64,000 bases of DNA from Eledone cirrhosa (Eukaryota), in NCBI GenBank assembly GCA_964016885.1, contig OZ024746.1, forward strand, positions 44,144,001-44,208,000, given 5' to 3'. Positions 53,122 to 64,000 of this stretch are shown here, in pieces (the first letter of the stretch is position 1; every line of letters starts with the position of its first letter). The position numbers and the translations under genes are program-made. The notes beneath the pieces were generated by a model. That model was given only the letters and a program-made list of their open reading frames with translations. It was not told where the DNA came from and did not search any database.

Positions 53122-53925
53122 ATGTACATAGATAATAATAGACAAACTAACCAAAATAACAACAATTTTAATTACGGCAACAACTTTAACAACAATAATA
53201 GAAAACATTACAATAATTCCAAAAGCCAAAAAAGAAATAGAACTAGGAATATAATATGGTTTGCCCCCCCTTTCTCACTAAACATTAAAACCCACATCGC
53301 TAAACTATTTTTTAATGCTCTTGATAATCGCTTCCCTAGAACACATAGGTATCACTCAATTTTCAATAGACATACTATAAAATTAACCTACTCATCCACC
53401 AAAAATTTAGCACAAAATATTAATAGAATAAATAATAGGAATTTAAAACCTAGCCAAAATACCGATAATAGCATAAATAATATCCAAGTTAACAAATGTA
53501 ACTGTAGAGATAGATCTAAATGTCCGTTAAATAACAATTGCTTAGTTAAACATATAATATACAACTGTAATGTTAAAACGGACTTAAATTCTTTTAACTT
53601 TGTTGGTTCCACCTCGGCAGAATTTAAACTTCGCTATAATAACCACAAGAATTCTTTCACAGATCCAAGCAAAAAATCCTCAACATCACTATCAGGCCTA
53701 CTCTGGCAACTTAGGCATGATAACGTTGGATATTCAACGGCTTGGAATATAGTCTCAAGAGGGATTCCTTTTAATTCATCCTCTGAGACATGTGACCTCT
53801 GCGCGGAGGAGATATTCTTTATACTAAAATCTAAAAATTCCCTTAATTTACGGACAAATTTATTCAGTTGCTGCAGACATAGATTGAACTCAACTTTTAA
53901 ATATAAATATAAATTTAAAATGTAG
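53122..53925 (+). CDS. PLE (Naiad-type) linker plus GIY-YIG endonuclease, 267 aa uninterrupted
   Basis: RNIIWFAPPFSLNIKT, CNCRDRSKCPL, IIY...FVG, FKLRYNNH, CDLCAEE and LN.R...SCCRH. Asn-rich N-terminus and no RT. Confidence 0.75.
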   Translation: MYIDNNRQTNQNNNNFNYGNNFNNNNRKHYNNSKSQKRNRTRNIIWFAPPFSLNIKTHIAKLFFNALDNRFPRTHRYHSIFNRHTIKLTYSSTKNLAQNINRINNRNLKPSQNTDNSINNIQVNKCNCRDRSKCPLNNNCLVKHIIYNCNVKTDLNSFNFVGSTSAEFKLRYNNHKNSFTDPSKKSSTSLSGLLWQLRHDNVGYSTAWNIVSRGIPFNSSSETCDLCAEEIFFILKSKNSLNLRTNLFSCCRHRLNSTFKYKYKFKM

Positions 53926-55290
53926 TATATTTAATTTGATTTATAATTATTTATGAAACTCGCCGATAAATCTTTCGATTCCTTTTTATTTTAAACATTC
54001 TTCATGAATAATTAAACTACCCTAAAAGCTGATGCTCCAATTATATCGAATAAATTTTACACTAGATAAACTTCTATATTAAATATAAGACCATCTGTAG
54101 ATCAAATGGGTATCCTAAACTTTTGGAATGTTTTCTGCTAGACAGGATTTGGTAAATAATTTTTGGTTTTGTTTGCTTTTGATTCTGATGCTTATAACGA
54201 ACTTGGCAATATATTGTCAATTAACTTCGAAGGGTTGATCTCTGTGGTTGATTTGCGGGGCATACTATGTTTTATTTTAATTTTAATATTTTTAATATTT
54301 TTAATATTTTTATTTTTTATATTTTTTTGATTTTTTGTTTTTTATTTACTTTTTGTTTTTTGTTTTTTGTTTCTGATATTTTTATTGATATATTGATATC
54401 TGTTCTCTATTTATGCTTGAACGATAATCATGTAGAGTAAAGACATGAATAGTATTGTTAAAATTAATGTAGACTCTATATATATTTATGTGTATGTACA
54501 CATATATGTATACTTAAATTTTTATAGCACAATGAGAATGTTTTCGTGTGAAATAGGAATTTGCAGAGCTGATCACGTAAATTCACATGGATGTGTATAG
54601 TATAAAATCTGGGATAACCTTCTATTTTATCTCAACTCTAATATAAACCTAGGAATTTTAGACTAGACATATGATCATTATTCTTCACACATTATTGATA
54701 CGTGTCTCATTCATGAATACTGATATTTACATTATAATGCCTGGTTTATACGAATTGATATTTTTTACATTGATGAAACATAGTGTTTTAAATCTGCCTC
54801 GTTTTTGTCTGGATATTTTTCTTTTCTCTCTATGTAACGGCTGTTTTCTCTCTTAACCACATATATCTCTCTCTACATTAATACTAGAGCTAAATAAATA
54901 AATAAATAAATAAATATATCATTGATACATCATTCAACTGGTGCCCAACTACCTAGTTTCTTTCTCTCTATCTCTATCTATATCTATCTCTCTATATTTT
55001 CTCTCTCTCTTTCTCTCCTCTCTTCTCTCTCTCTCTCTCTATCCCTCTGTGTTTTTTCCTCTCTCTATATATCTCTCTCTGTTTCTTTACATGGATTTCT
55101 TCTCTCTATCTATCTCTCTATATCTATCTCTCTCTATTTAGTTGCATGCATTTCTTCTTTTTCTTCGTTTTTCTTTCTTTCTTTTTATAACTGTCCCTAA
55201 TATTTTTTCACTACCAAATCAACTTTTCAAATAGAAGTCGAAGTTGAAAGGTATGTCGAATCTATCTATTTATAAGACTGTTTATATTGT

Positions 55291-55354
55291 ATTTTGTCTG
55301 AAGAAGGCATAACATATTTTTAATATGATATCCCTGAAATATATATAATGAAAT
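55291..55354 (+). ncRNA. minimal type I hammerhead ribozyme
   Basis: AUUUUGU-CUGAAGA-stem II (AGG...CCU)-GAAA-UAUAUA-UA-AUGAAAU, with a self-complementary stem III loop. Confidence 0.75.
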
Positions 55355-55395
55355 AAATATCGTTTTATAAATATAGTTTCCATTTATTTAATATC

Positions 55396-55440
<45 letters not shown>

Positions 55441-55685
55441 CATACACATATACACACATATACGCAACACACACACACACATACACAAATAAATATCTAA
55501 AAATAAAATATTGGGTATGTGAAGGGTAAGGCAGAAAGTAGGGAGGGGGGGGGATAAGGAAAACAAATGACATAGGAAAAGGTTTAAATATAAGTGGAGA
55601 TAAGGGAGAAAGAGAATACGAGAGTACAGAACGTGGATTCAGCAGGTAAAAAAACCGTAGTGGAAGTAAATAGCAGGAAAGGAGT

Positions 55686-56101
55686 TCAAGGTGGTTGAGT
55701 TATCGTAGGTATGTCAATCCAGTTACAGATCAGATGTGATTTCAGGTGGGGATAACATCTGAAGATCTCGGTCTTTGAGTTCAGGCAATCAAAAGTGGCT
55801 TTCAAGTTTTGTAAAATCCTATATTTTTCCGTGGTACACAAAGAACAATTCTTTGTGCCTCTTTGGTACTCCCTCGACTGGTCTAAAATAGACCAATCGA
55901 TAGAGTACGGGATGTTTTTATCCTTGAATTCCCACACCTTACTTGCGAGGGCCGTTGCTGTTCTTTTATCGGAGTGCTTAAAAGAAGCGACATATGCATA
56001 AAACCAGGTTTTAAACCTGTCCTGGGTCATGCCAACATATCGCTCACTCCTGGCTGGCTGGTTGTTGATTAAAGGTGTCACTTTGGCCTCATAAACAACG
56101 G
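55686..56101 (-). pseudogene. PLE GIY-YIG endonuclease C-terminal half, inverted copy
   Basis: VVYEAK...YVGMTQDRFKT...CSLCTTEKY...LNSKTEIF. Confidence 0.85.
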
Positions 56102-56783
56102 AAAAGGAAAATTATTTGGTTTACACCCCCCTTCTCTCTAACTGTCAAAACTAATGTAGGAAGGAAATTCCTTGACCTCTTAGATAAACATTTTCCTCCT
56201 AATCATAGATATTATAAGATATTTAATAGAAATCTAGTTAAGTTCAGTTACTCTTGTTGCCCATCAATGAAATCTAAGATCACTAATTCTAATCGTACGA
56301 GAACAAATCCAGAATGAAGTTGCAGGAAGCCGGATGAATGCCTATTACAGGGCAAATGTAACACCAAATCCGTTGTTTATGAGGCCAAAATGACACCTTT
56401 AATCAACAACCAACCAGCCAGGAGTGAGCGATATGTTTGCATGACCCAGGACAGGTTTAAAACCAGGTTTTATGCACATGTCGCTTCTTTAAGCACTCCG
56501 ATAAAAGAACAGCAACGGCCCTCGCAAGTAAGGTGTGGGAATTCAAGGATAAAAACATCCCGTACTCTATCGATTGGTCTATTTTAGACCATTTGAGGGA
56601 GTACCAAAGGGGCACAAAGAATTGTTCTTTTGTACCACGGAAAAATATAGGATTTTACAAAACTTGAAAGCCACTTCTGATTGCCTGAACTCAAAGACCG
56701 AGATCTTCAGATGTTGTCCCCACCTGAAATCACATCTGATCTGTAACTGGATTGACATTCCTACGATAACTCAACAACTCTGA
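56094..56783 (+). pseudogene. PLE linker plus GIY-YIG with in-frame TGA at a conserved Cys
   Basis: RKRKIIWFTPPF...NPE*SCRKPDECLLQGKC...VVYEAK...YVCM. Frameshifts occur downstream of ~56490. Confidence 0.85.
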
Positions 56784-57069
56784 ACTCCTTTCCTGCTATT
56801 TACTTCCACTACGGTTTTTTTACCTGCTGAATCCACGTTCTGTACTCTCGTATTCTCTTTCTCCCTTATCTCCCCTTATATTTAAACCTTTTCCTATGTC
56901 ATTTATTTTCCTTATTCCCCCCCCCCCCCCTACTTTCTGCCTTACTCTTCACATACCCAATTTTTTATTTTTAGATATTTATTTTTGTGTGTGCATGTGT
57001 GTTGTATATATGTGTGTATATTTGTGCGTGTATATGTATTTTTATATAATGGTTTTGTGTGTATATATA

Positions 57070-57166
57070 TAATTGTTTCTACTTTAGGCACAAGGCCAGC
57101 AATTACCCAGTGCATTACTGGTACTTTATTTTATCGACCCCGTAAGGATGAAAGGCAAAGTGAACC
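57070..57166 (-). mobile_element. 5'-truncated SINE in the right arm only
   Basis: SINE 3' half that is absent from the matching left-arm position (~52725-52735). Confidence 0.85.
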
Positions 57167-57282
57167 TAAACGGCTTGAGCTCTGCCGTGGGGTCAGGCTT
57201 TTTCCTATGTGTGTGTATATATATACGTATATGTATGTGTGTGTGTATTTCTGTGGTTGTGTTTGTGTGTGTATGTATATAT

Positions 57283-57334
<52 letters not shown>

Positions 57335-57336
<2 letters not shown>

Positions 57337-57931
57337 AAAGTTATATTTAAAATTGTTGGGTTACAACTAGTAAATATTTATAACTGATATAAAAGCACTC
57401 GACAAATATTTGGAGTATATTTTCAATATTAAATAAGGAGGAGATATTCTTTATACTAAAATCTAAAAATTCCCTTAACCTACGGACAAATTTATTCAGT
57501 TGTTGCAAACATAGATTAAACTCAACGTTTAAATATAAATTTAAATTTAAAATGTAGTATATTTAGTTTGATTTATATTTATATGGGAAACTAGCCGATA
57601 AATGTTTGATTCCTAAATCTTTGATTCCTTCTTTTTACTCTCTTTTTTTATTGTTTATTTTTATTTTATTTTTATCTAAACATTCCTCATGAAAAATTAA
57701 GCTACCCTAAAAGCTGATGCTCCAATTTTTTTAATAAACCTTACACTAGATAAACTTCTATATTAAATATAAGAACATATATAGACCTAATTGGACATCA
57801 TAATCTTTTTGAAATGATCTTTGCTAGATGTGATTTGATAGATAATTTTTGGCTTTGTCTTGTAAAGAACTTGGCAATATATTGTCAATTAATTTTGAAG
57901 GGTTGATCTTTGTGGTGTATTTTTATTTTTA

Positions 57932-57962
<31 letters not shown>

Positions 57963-59145
57963 TTTATTTTTATTATTCTAGTATTCTATAATATTTTTTA
58001 TTTTTATTGTATTTTTAATATCTTTAATATGTAAATTTTTAATACGTAATATTTTTTAATACGTAGTATGTTTAATATATAATATTTTTATTATGTAATA
58101 TTCTTTCGTAATATTTTTTAATTCTTTAATTTTTTTAGTTTTCTATTCTATTTTTTACTTATTATTCTTATTGTTATCTTTTTATTTTTAGTTTTATTTT
58201 TAGTTTTGTTTATGATATATACTTTTATTAGTATATTGAAATCTGCTCTCTACTTCTGCTTGATAGATAATCTTGTAGAGTAACGACAGGAATAATAATA
58301 CACATATTTGTATGCTCAAATTTTTATACCACATTGAGAATGTTTTCCGTGAACTTAGAGTTTGCAGAGTGAATCAGTTGGATTCGCATGGATGTTTGTA
58401 GCTGTCACATAAACATATGAATTTTTTTTAAAACTAAACATAAGATAATTAATTTTCACACATTATAGATACTTGTCTCATTCAGGAATACTGATATTTA
58501 CAATATAGTGTAAGTTTTATAAATACTAATACATTAAAACATAGGGTTTTTACGCCTCGAATATATCTGGCTATTTTTAAATTTTTTTCTCTCGCTATTT
58601 TTTTTCCTCTCTCTATATTTTTTTTTTCTCTCTCTATATATCTCCCTTACATTAATACTTGAGCTAAATAAATAAATAAATAAATAAACGTATCATTGAT
58701 ACATTTACTCAAAATGACCTCCCACTACCTAATTTTCTATATATATATATGTATCTATCTCTATTTCCTCTCTCTCTATATATATATATATATCTCTTTC
58801 TGTGTCTTTACATGAAGTTCTTCGTTTTATCTATCTTTCCATCTCTCTATTTTGTTCCATGCATTTCCTCTTTCTCTTCATTTTCTTCCTTTTCTTCGTT
58901 TTCTGTCTTTCTTTCTGTTTTCTCTCTTTCTTTCTCTCTGTGTAAAATTTTTTCACAGCCAGCGTAAACCTCTTCAAATGAAGTCGGTGTTATAACGGTA
59001 TGTCGAATCTATTTATCTATAAAACTGTTTATATTGTATTTTGTCTGATGAAGGCATAGCATATTGTTAATATCATATCCCCGAAATATATATAATGAAA
59101 TAAATATGGTTTTATAAATATAGTTTTCCATTTATTTAATATTGC
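57335..59145 (+). mobile_element. second copy of the RT-less PLE family, ~700 bp of ORF deleted
   Basis: Same 5' start as 53018. Resumes at GGAGGAGATATTCTTT (equivalent to ~53805) and has the same 3' end. Confidence 0.82.
59038..59101 (+). ncRNA. minimal type I hammerhead ribozyme
   Basis: AUUUUGU-CUGAUGA-stem II-GAAA-UAUAUA-UA-AUGAAAU. Confidence 0.72.
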
Positions 59146-59652
59146 ATATATATATATATGTATGTATGTGTGTATGTATATGTATAATTACATAGTGATT
59201 TAATGCTTATTTTCATTGATCATTTGCTCCAGGAACTTGTTGAGTGCTCTATATCAGCTATAAACATTTATACCCTCGTCTAATTATTTTTTTATTTATT
59301 ATTTGTCGTATTCCCAACTTTTTATTTTTATTATTATTTTTATTTTTATATATACAATATTTATTTTTTTTATATATATAATATTTATGTTTCTTCTTAT
59401 ATATATATATATAATTATATGTGTGTGTGTGTATGTATGTTTGCATATGTATGTGTATGTATATGTGTGTGTAGGTATATATATGTATATATATGTATAT
59501 GTATATATGTGTATGTATATATATATATTTTAGAGTTAAACAAGGTTCATATGAATATATTTAAGAATGAGTTTTACATACATATGTGTGTGTTTGTATT
59601 TGTATGTATGTGTTTGTGATATGTATGTATATGTATGTGTATGTATGTATGG

Positions 59653-59720
<68 letters not shown>

Positions 59721-60507
59721 ATGTATGTGTGTGTATATATTTATATGTGTGTGTGTGTGTATGTATATGTGTATGCGTATGTATGTGTATATGTATTTGT
59801 ATATGTATGTGTATGTGTGAGAGTGTGTGTACGTGCAATTGTGTGTATTGCTTATCACGTGTGTTTGTTCATTTATGTGTTGCCTGTATCGCTGTCAAAA
59901 CTATAATAATCTTTATATTCATTTTTATTCTTATGTGACGGTATTTTTATTATTATATTTTTTCTTATATTTATTTGTGTGTGTGAGTATGTAGGTATGT
60001 GTACATATTTCTATATTTGTGCATGCGTATGTATGCGTGTATATATGTGTGTATGTATGTGTATGTATGTACGTGTATATATGTATGATTGTGTGTATGT
60101 ATGTATGTGTATGTGTATGTACATGTGTATATATTTGTATGTGTGTGTATATATGTTTATGTATATATATGTATATATGCATGTATATGTGTGTGTGTGT
60201 GTATGCACGTTTGTGTATTTGTATGTATGTGTATGTATGGATATGTTGATAATTATGTGTGTATGTATGAATGTGTATATGTATATGTATGTATATATAT
60301 ACACATATATATGTGTGTGTGTGTATATATGTGTGTGTATGTATGTGTGTATGTATATATATATATGTGTATGTATATAATTGTGTGTGTGTGTGTGTGT
60401 TTGCATGTGTGTTTCTTTTTCCTTTCCTTCTTCCTTTTCCAGCCTCACTTTCATATAGATTATATTTTTGTTTTTAAAATCCAATACCAATAAATACACC
60501 CGGATTT

Positions 60508-60568
60508 TTTCATTCTGATGATTGAAAGTGAAATTTGTTTGCTTTTAAGAAACCACTGGTAAATGAAA
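60508..60568 (+). ncRNA. type I hammerhead ribozyme, intact core
   Basis: UUUCAUU-CUGAUGA-UUGAAAG..CUUUUAA-GAAA-CCACUGG-UA-AAUGAAA. Predicted cleavage after 60561. Confidence 0.9.
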
Positions 60569-60589
60569 TAATTGCCTTATGTTGTTTAT

Positions 60590-60649
<60 letters not shown>

Positions 60650-60653
<4 letters not shown>

Positions 60654-61622
60654 AAGGAAAAGCGAAGTAGTTTAATAATAATGTCCTTAATGCTGTGATA
60701 TATATTTCAGTGACGACACTGGCCACACTGTTCTGTATGCGTGTGTCGTGTCATCATCAGACAGCTTGTTACATAATAAGGTTATGTTTCCGAGGCAATC
60801 CAAATTGATGATGACACGACACTCGCACACAGAACAGTGTGGCCAGTGTCGTCACTGAAATATATATCACAGCATTATTATTAAAGGACTTGAACATCTG
60901 AAACTACTTCGCTTTTCCTTATTCGATATTTACTCCGTCACTCCTATGTGGAAAAAGTACGTTGAGTGCTTGAATTGAATTGCATCAATATTTACCCTAA
61001 TAATTTAGCTCCAATAGTTGAGCGCTTTACGATGTAACCGATATGGTGGAGAAGAGAGGAACCAACCATAAGCTACCCCTGAAATTCCCTCTACCATGGG
61101 GATGAAACCCCTTACACTGGACGGACATAATAGTAACTTTCGGCAGGATAAATACGCGGAAACAAATAATAGGATAAACCCCTATTTTCTTGCACCAAAT
61201 CGCACTTGAACAGAGGCCCCCTCAATTCAATCTATACATGGACAGATCGACAATCATATGGATCATATATGTACTCTGTGTTTTTGCATTTATTCACTGT
61301 TGGTTCTGTTCTTTTCTTTTGTGTACTTTATGTCTGTTTTTCTTTGATTTTGTTCCATATGAGGGAAATTAGGACTGTGTACCAGATTCACTAATGCCTG
61401 GAGCCCTGTAGTTATAATGTACGACACTGTCGTTCAATATGTGGATAGAGTGGCCAGTGACAGTGTGGCCAGTGTCGTCACTGAAATATATATCACAGCA
61501 TTATTATTAAAGGACTTGAACATCCGAAACTACTTCGCTTTTCCTTATTCGATATTTACTCCGTCACTCCTATGTGGAACAAGTACGTTGAGTGCTTGAA
61601 TTGAATTGCCTCAATGTTTAGC

Positions 61623-61628
<6 letters not shown>
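60650..61628 (+). mobile_element. small non-coding Penelope-derived element with direct and inverted pLTRs
   Basis: Direct repeats at ~60835-61000 and ~61461-61628. 60650-60759 is an inverted copy of 60806-60924. (TA)n on both flanks. Confidence 0.75.
60692..60765 (-). ncRNA. minimal type I hammerhead ribozyme
   Basis: GCUGU-CUGAUGA-(ACGACAC..GUGUCGU stem II)-GAAA-UAUAUA-UC-ACAGC, with an AUC triplet. Confidence 0.78.
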
Positions 61629-61713
<85 letters not shown>

Positions 61714-64000
61714 TTATAGATAATATATTACTAGTTAAATGATAAGATCATTATTCATCTTGGCAGTCAATACTTTAATGAATATAGAGTGTAGATATTA
61801 CATATTACATGTTATCCCAACAGGCAAGCTTACATTTTGATAAATGAATGGATATATGATTCATCAGTATAGATTTAATTTGTTCCCTTCATCTACTTGA
61901 GGAGGAGGAGTCGTTGTAATTTAATTGACAGAGAAAGAGATACATTGTAAATGTATAAGGATGGGAATGAAGTTGAGTGAGGAGAGAATCAAACTAAGAG
62001 ATGGAGTAGTTGTTTTAGTTTTTTTGTTTTGTTTGGGTGCCAGATTGCTGTTTTATGTGCTATAGTGAGTGTGTGTGTGGTAGGGTGTTTTGTGAAGTGA
62101 TTACATTCAAGTACTGTTATTTTCAATACATATGTGTGTGTGTAACTAATATACAGCATCTCACTTCCCATGTTGGCAAGCATTTATCCTTCACCCAGAG
62201 AAAGCATCCCTTCATTACCAACAAAGGTAATAGCTCCCTGAACTTTCCACTCTGTTCTTATTCTGACTGCTTTACTTCCAGGGCATTCACCTCCACTGCT
62301 AATTAGATCACTTAGGTAGCAGAATAAAAGCTGATACACTGCAGAAAGGTCACTTAAGCCATGAAAAACAATTTCCCTTGTGCAGATGGAACAATAAAAT
62401 GCATGTTAAGGTTACTCCTGTTAGTATGTAGTTCAGTTGAAAATATAGCTGGTATACTCATCATGAAAACCATTATAGGATCCATTTACTAGAACATAAA
62501 ATCTATACATAAATCATACAAAGACTTCCTACAGTACCTCACCAAAGAAGTCTTGGACAGTAAAACTATTGTGAGAACACTTTACTGCTATATTTTTATA
62601 AGAATATTGCAATATTTTCATCATCATCATCATCGTTTAACATCCACTTTCCATTTTTCAAAATGCTATACTTATGTTTCAACATAGGCACTATTTATAT
62701 CATGTAGGTGATATATATTTATTTTGACATGTTTTATATGTTTTTTTTTTCATTTTTATTGAAAACAGTGGATTGGAAGAGTTGCTAGAGCACCCAACAA
62801 AATGTCTTGCATATTTCTAAGTTCAAGACCAGCTAAAGACAACATTGTCCGTCATTCCTCCACACTTCTAGAGTTGGTAAAATAAGTGGCTAACAACTAC
62901 CAACTATACCATCTCCAATTGCATGCAACATTGTTCCAATACTATAATTCAATACTGTTTTCGTGACATTTAAATTTGTTTATTGTTTGTGCAATAGCCT
63001 TTTGCTTTATATCTTAATAGAAACTATATCAATGATAGGCAATTTATAATCAAGACAGCCAGGTTTTTTCCACTTCACTTTAGTAAAATTTTATTTTCAA
63101 TGAACAATAAAAGTTGCTAAAAATATAGTTTGTCCACATGTGATTAATGTAGTAATGTACAAACACAATGCAAAGTCTAATGGGTTAATTGAACATCTGT
63201 ACATAAATACACACAAAAACACACACAGGTTAGGCAAAACATTTTATATAAAATCCACTTTATAATTATTCACTAAAAACTTTGAGCATCAGGATACCAC
63301 CAAGCTTCTCTTTTGTCATTAGTTTAAATAACACCATAAAAACATACCAATGAAAATAAAAGCTTTCTGATCGAAATCATTTCATGTATTCCTTTCTCTC
63401 TTTTTTGAGAATTTAAATGTTTTCTTTTTTCCAGTACTTGAAAAAAGTTTCTCTAATTGTTACTTTCTGAAATTGTATATCTTAACTCATGCCATTTCTA
63501 TGGTTTAACAGAGATTATCAAATTTGTTTTGTAATGGACCTCTTGCGATTGCAGATATTCAACAACAGTTTCTGGAAACCTTTTATTGTAGCTTCAATCC
63601 TAACAAGTATGGATGGGATATTTTTTATGTGTATTATTGGTGAATTGGAAGAACGATTTGACTCAATTATTTACCAAATGGTTAATGAATGAATTGATGA
63701 GATGTGTTGCTTAAATGATGCAATACATTAATAACAGCTTGATGATGTTTAATCATAGTTAATTGTATGTATTTTATGATTAAAATTGTAGTTAATTTAA
63801 TAAGGGAGTATTATAATTTTTATTAAAAATGAAATACCAAAGAAATATTTGTAAATTTTACATTTATAATAGTTTCTAATAATCTCAGTTAAAAACCATC
63901 CATTTATCATTAAACAGTTTGCAAATTAAGTTAGAAAAGTGAGGAATAAATTTCATAAAAATTCAATCTTGAATCAAGATCTGACATTTTCAATATAGTG

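Larger units (their letters stand above)
53018..55396 (+). mobile_element. RT-less Penelope-like element (GIY-YIG ORF plus 3' hammerhead)
   Basis: Bounded by (TA)n on both sides. A direct homolog lies at 57335-59145. Confidence 0.8.
50978..60594. mobile_element. ~9.6-kb composite palindromic Penelope-like (Naiad-type) structure
   Basis: Inverted pairs 51048-52590/59146-60594, 52600-52800/57010-57275 and 55400-56101/56370-57010. Two nested direct copies of a second family. (TA)n on both flanks. Confidence 0.88.

Noticed and set aside
53945-54040. ATGA...AAA...TGAT SECIS-like motifs after the GIY-YIG ORF
   Set aside because: The helix does not pair convincingly, and this ORF has no in-frame UGA.

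Overview
AT-rich, repeat-saturated eukaryotic DNA with long (TA)n/(CA)n tracts. The repeat repertoire suggests a mollusc, probably octopus (inference). No host gene can be called with confidence. The window is a nest of mobile elements: about 12 copies of a tRNA-derived SINE, RTE and CRE-like LINE remnants, a rearranged Ty3/Gypsy element with three LTRs, a DD37D (maT) Tc1/mariner, hAT and Merlin remnants, and non-autonomous Helitrons. The most notable content is a set of Penelope-like elements (PLEs, Naiad-type GIY-YIG). They form two giant palindromes (about 32.7-35.65 kb and 51.0-60.6 kb) with hammerhead ribozymes (HHR) near the outer end of each arm. There is also an RT-less family with a GIY-YIG-only ORF and its own minimal HHR, inserted twice into (TA)n tracts of the larger palindrome, and an in-frame UGA exactly at a conserved Cys (possible selenocysteine relic). 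All calls were made by eye, so boundaries of decayed elements are approximate.
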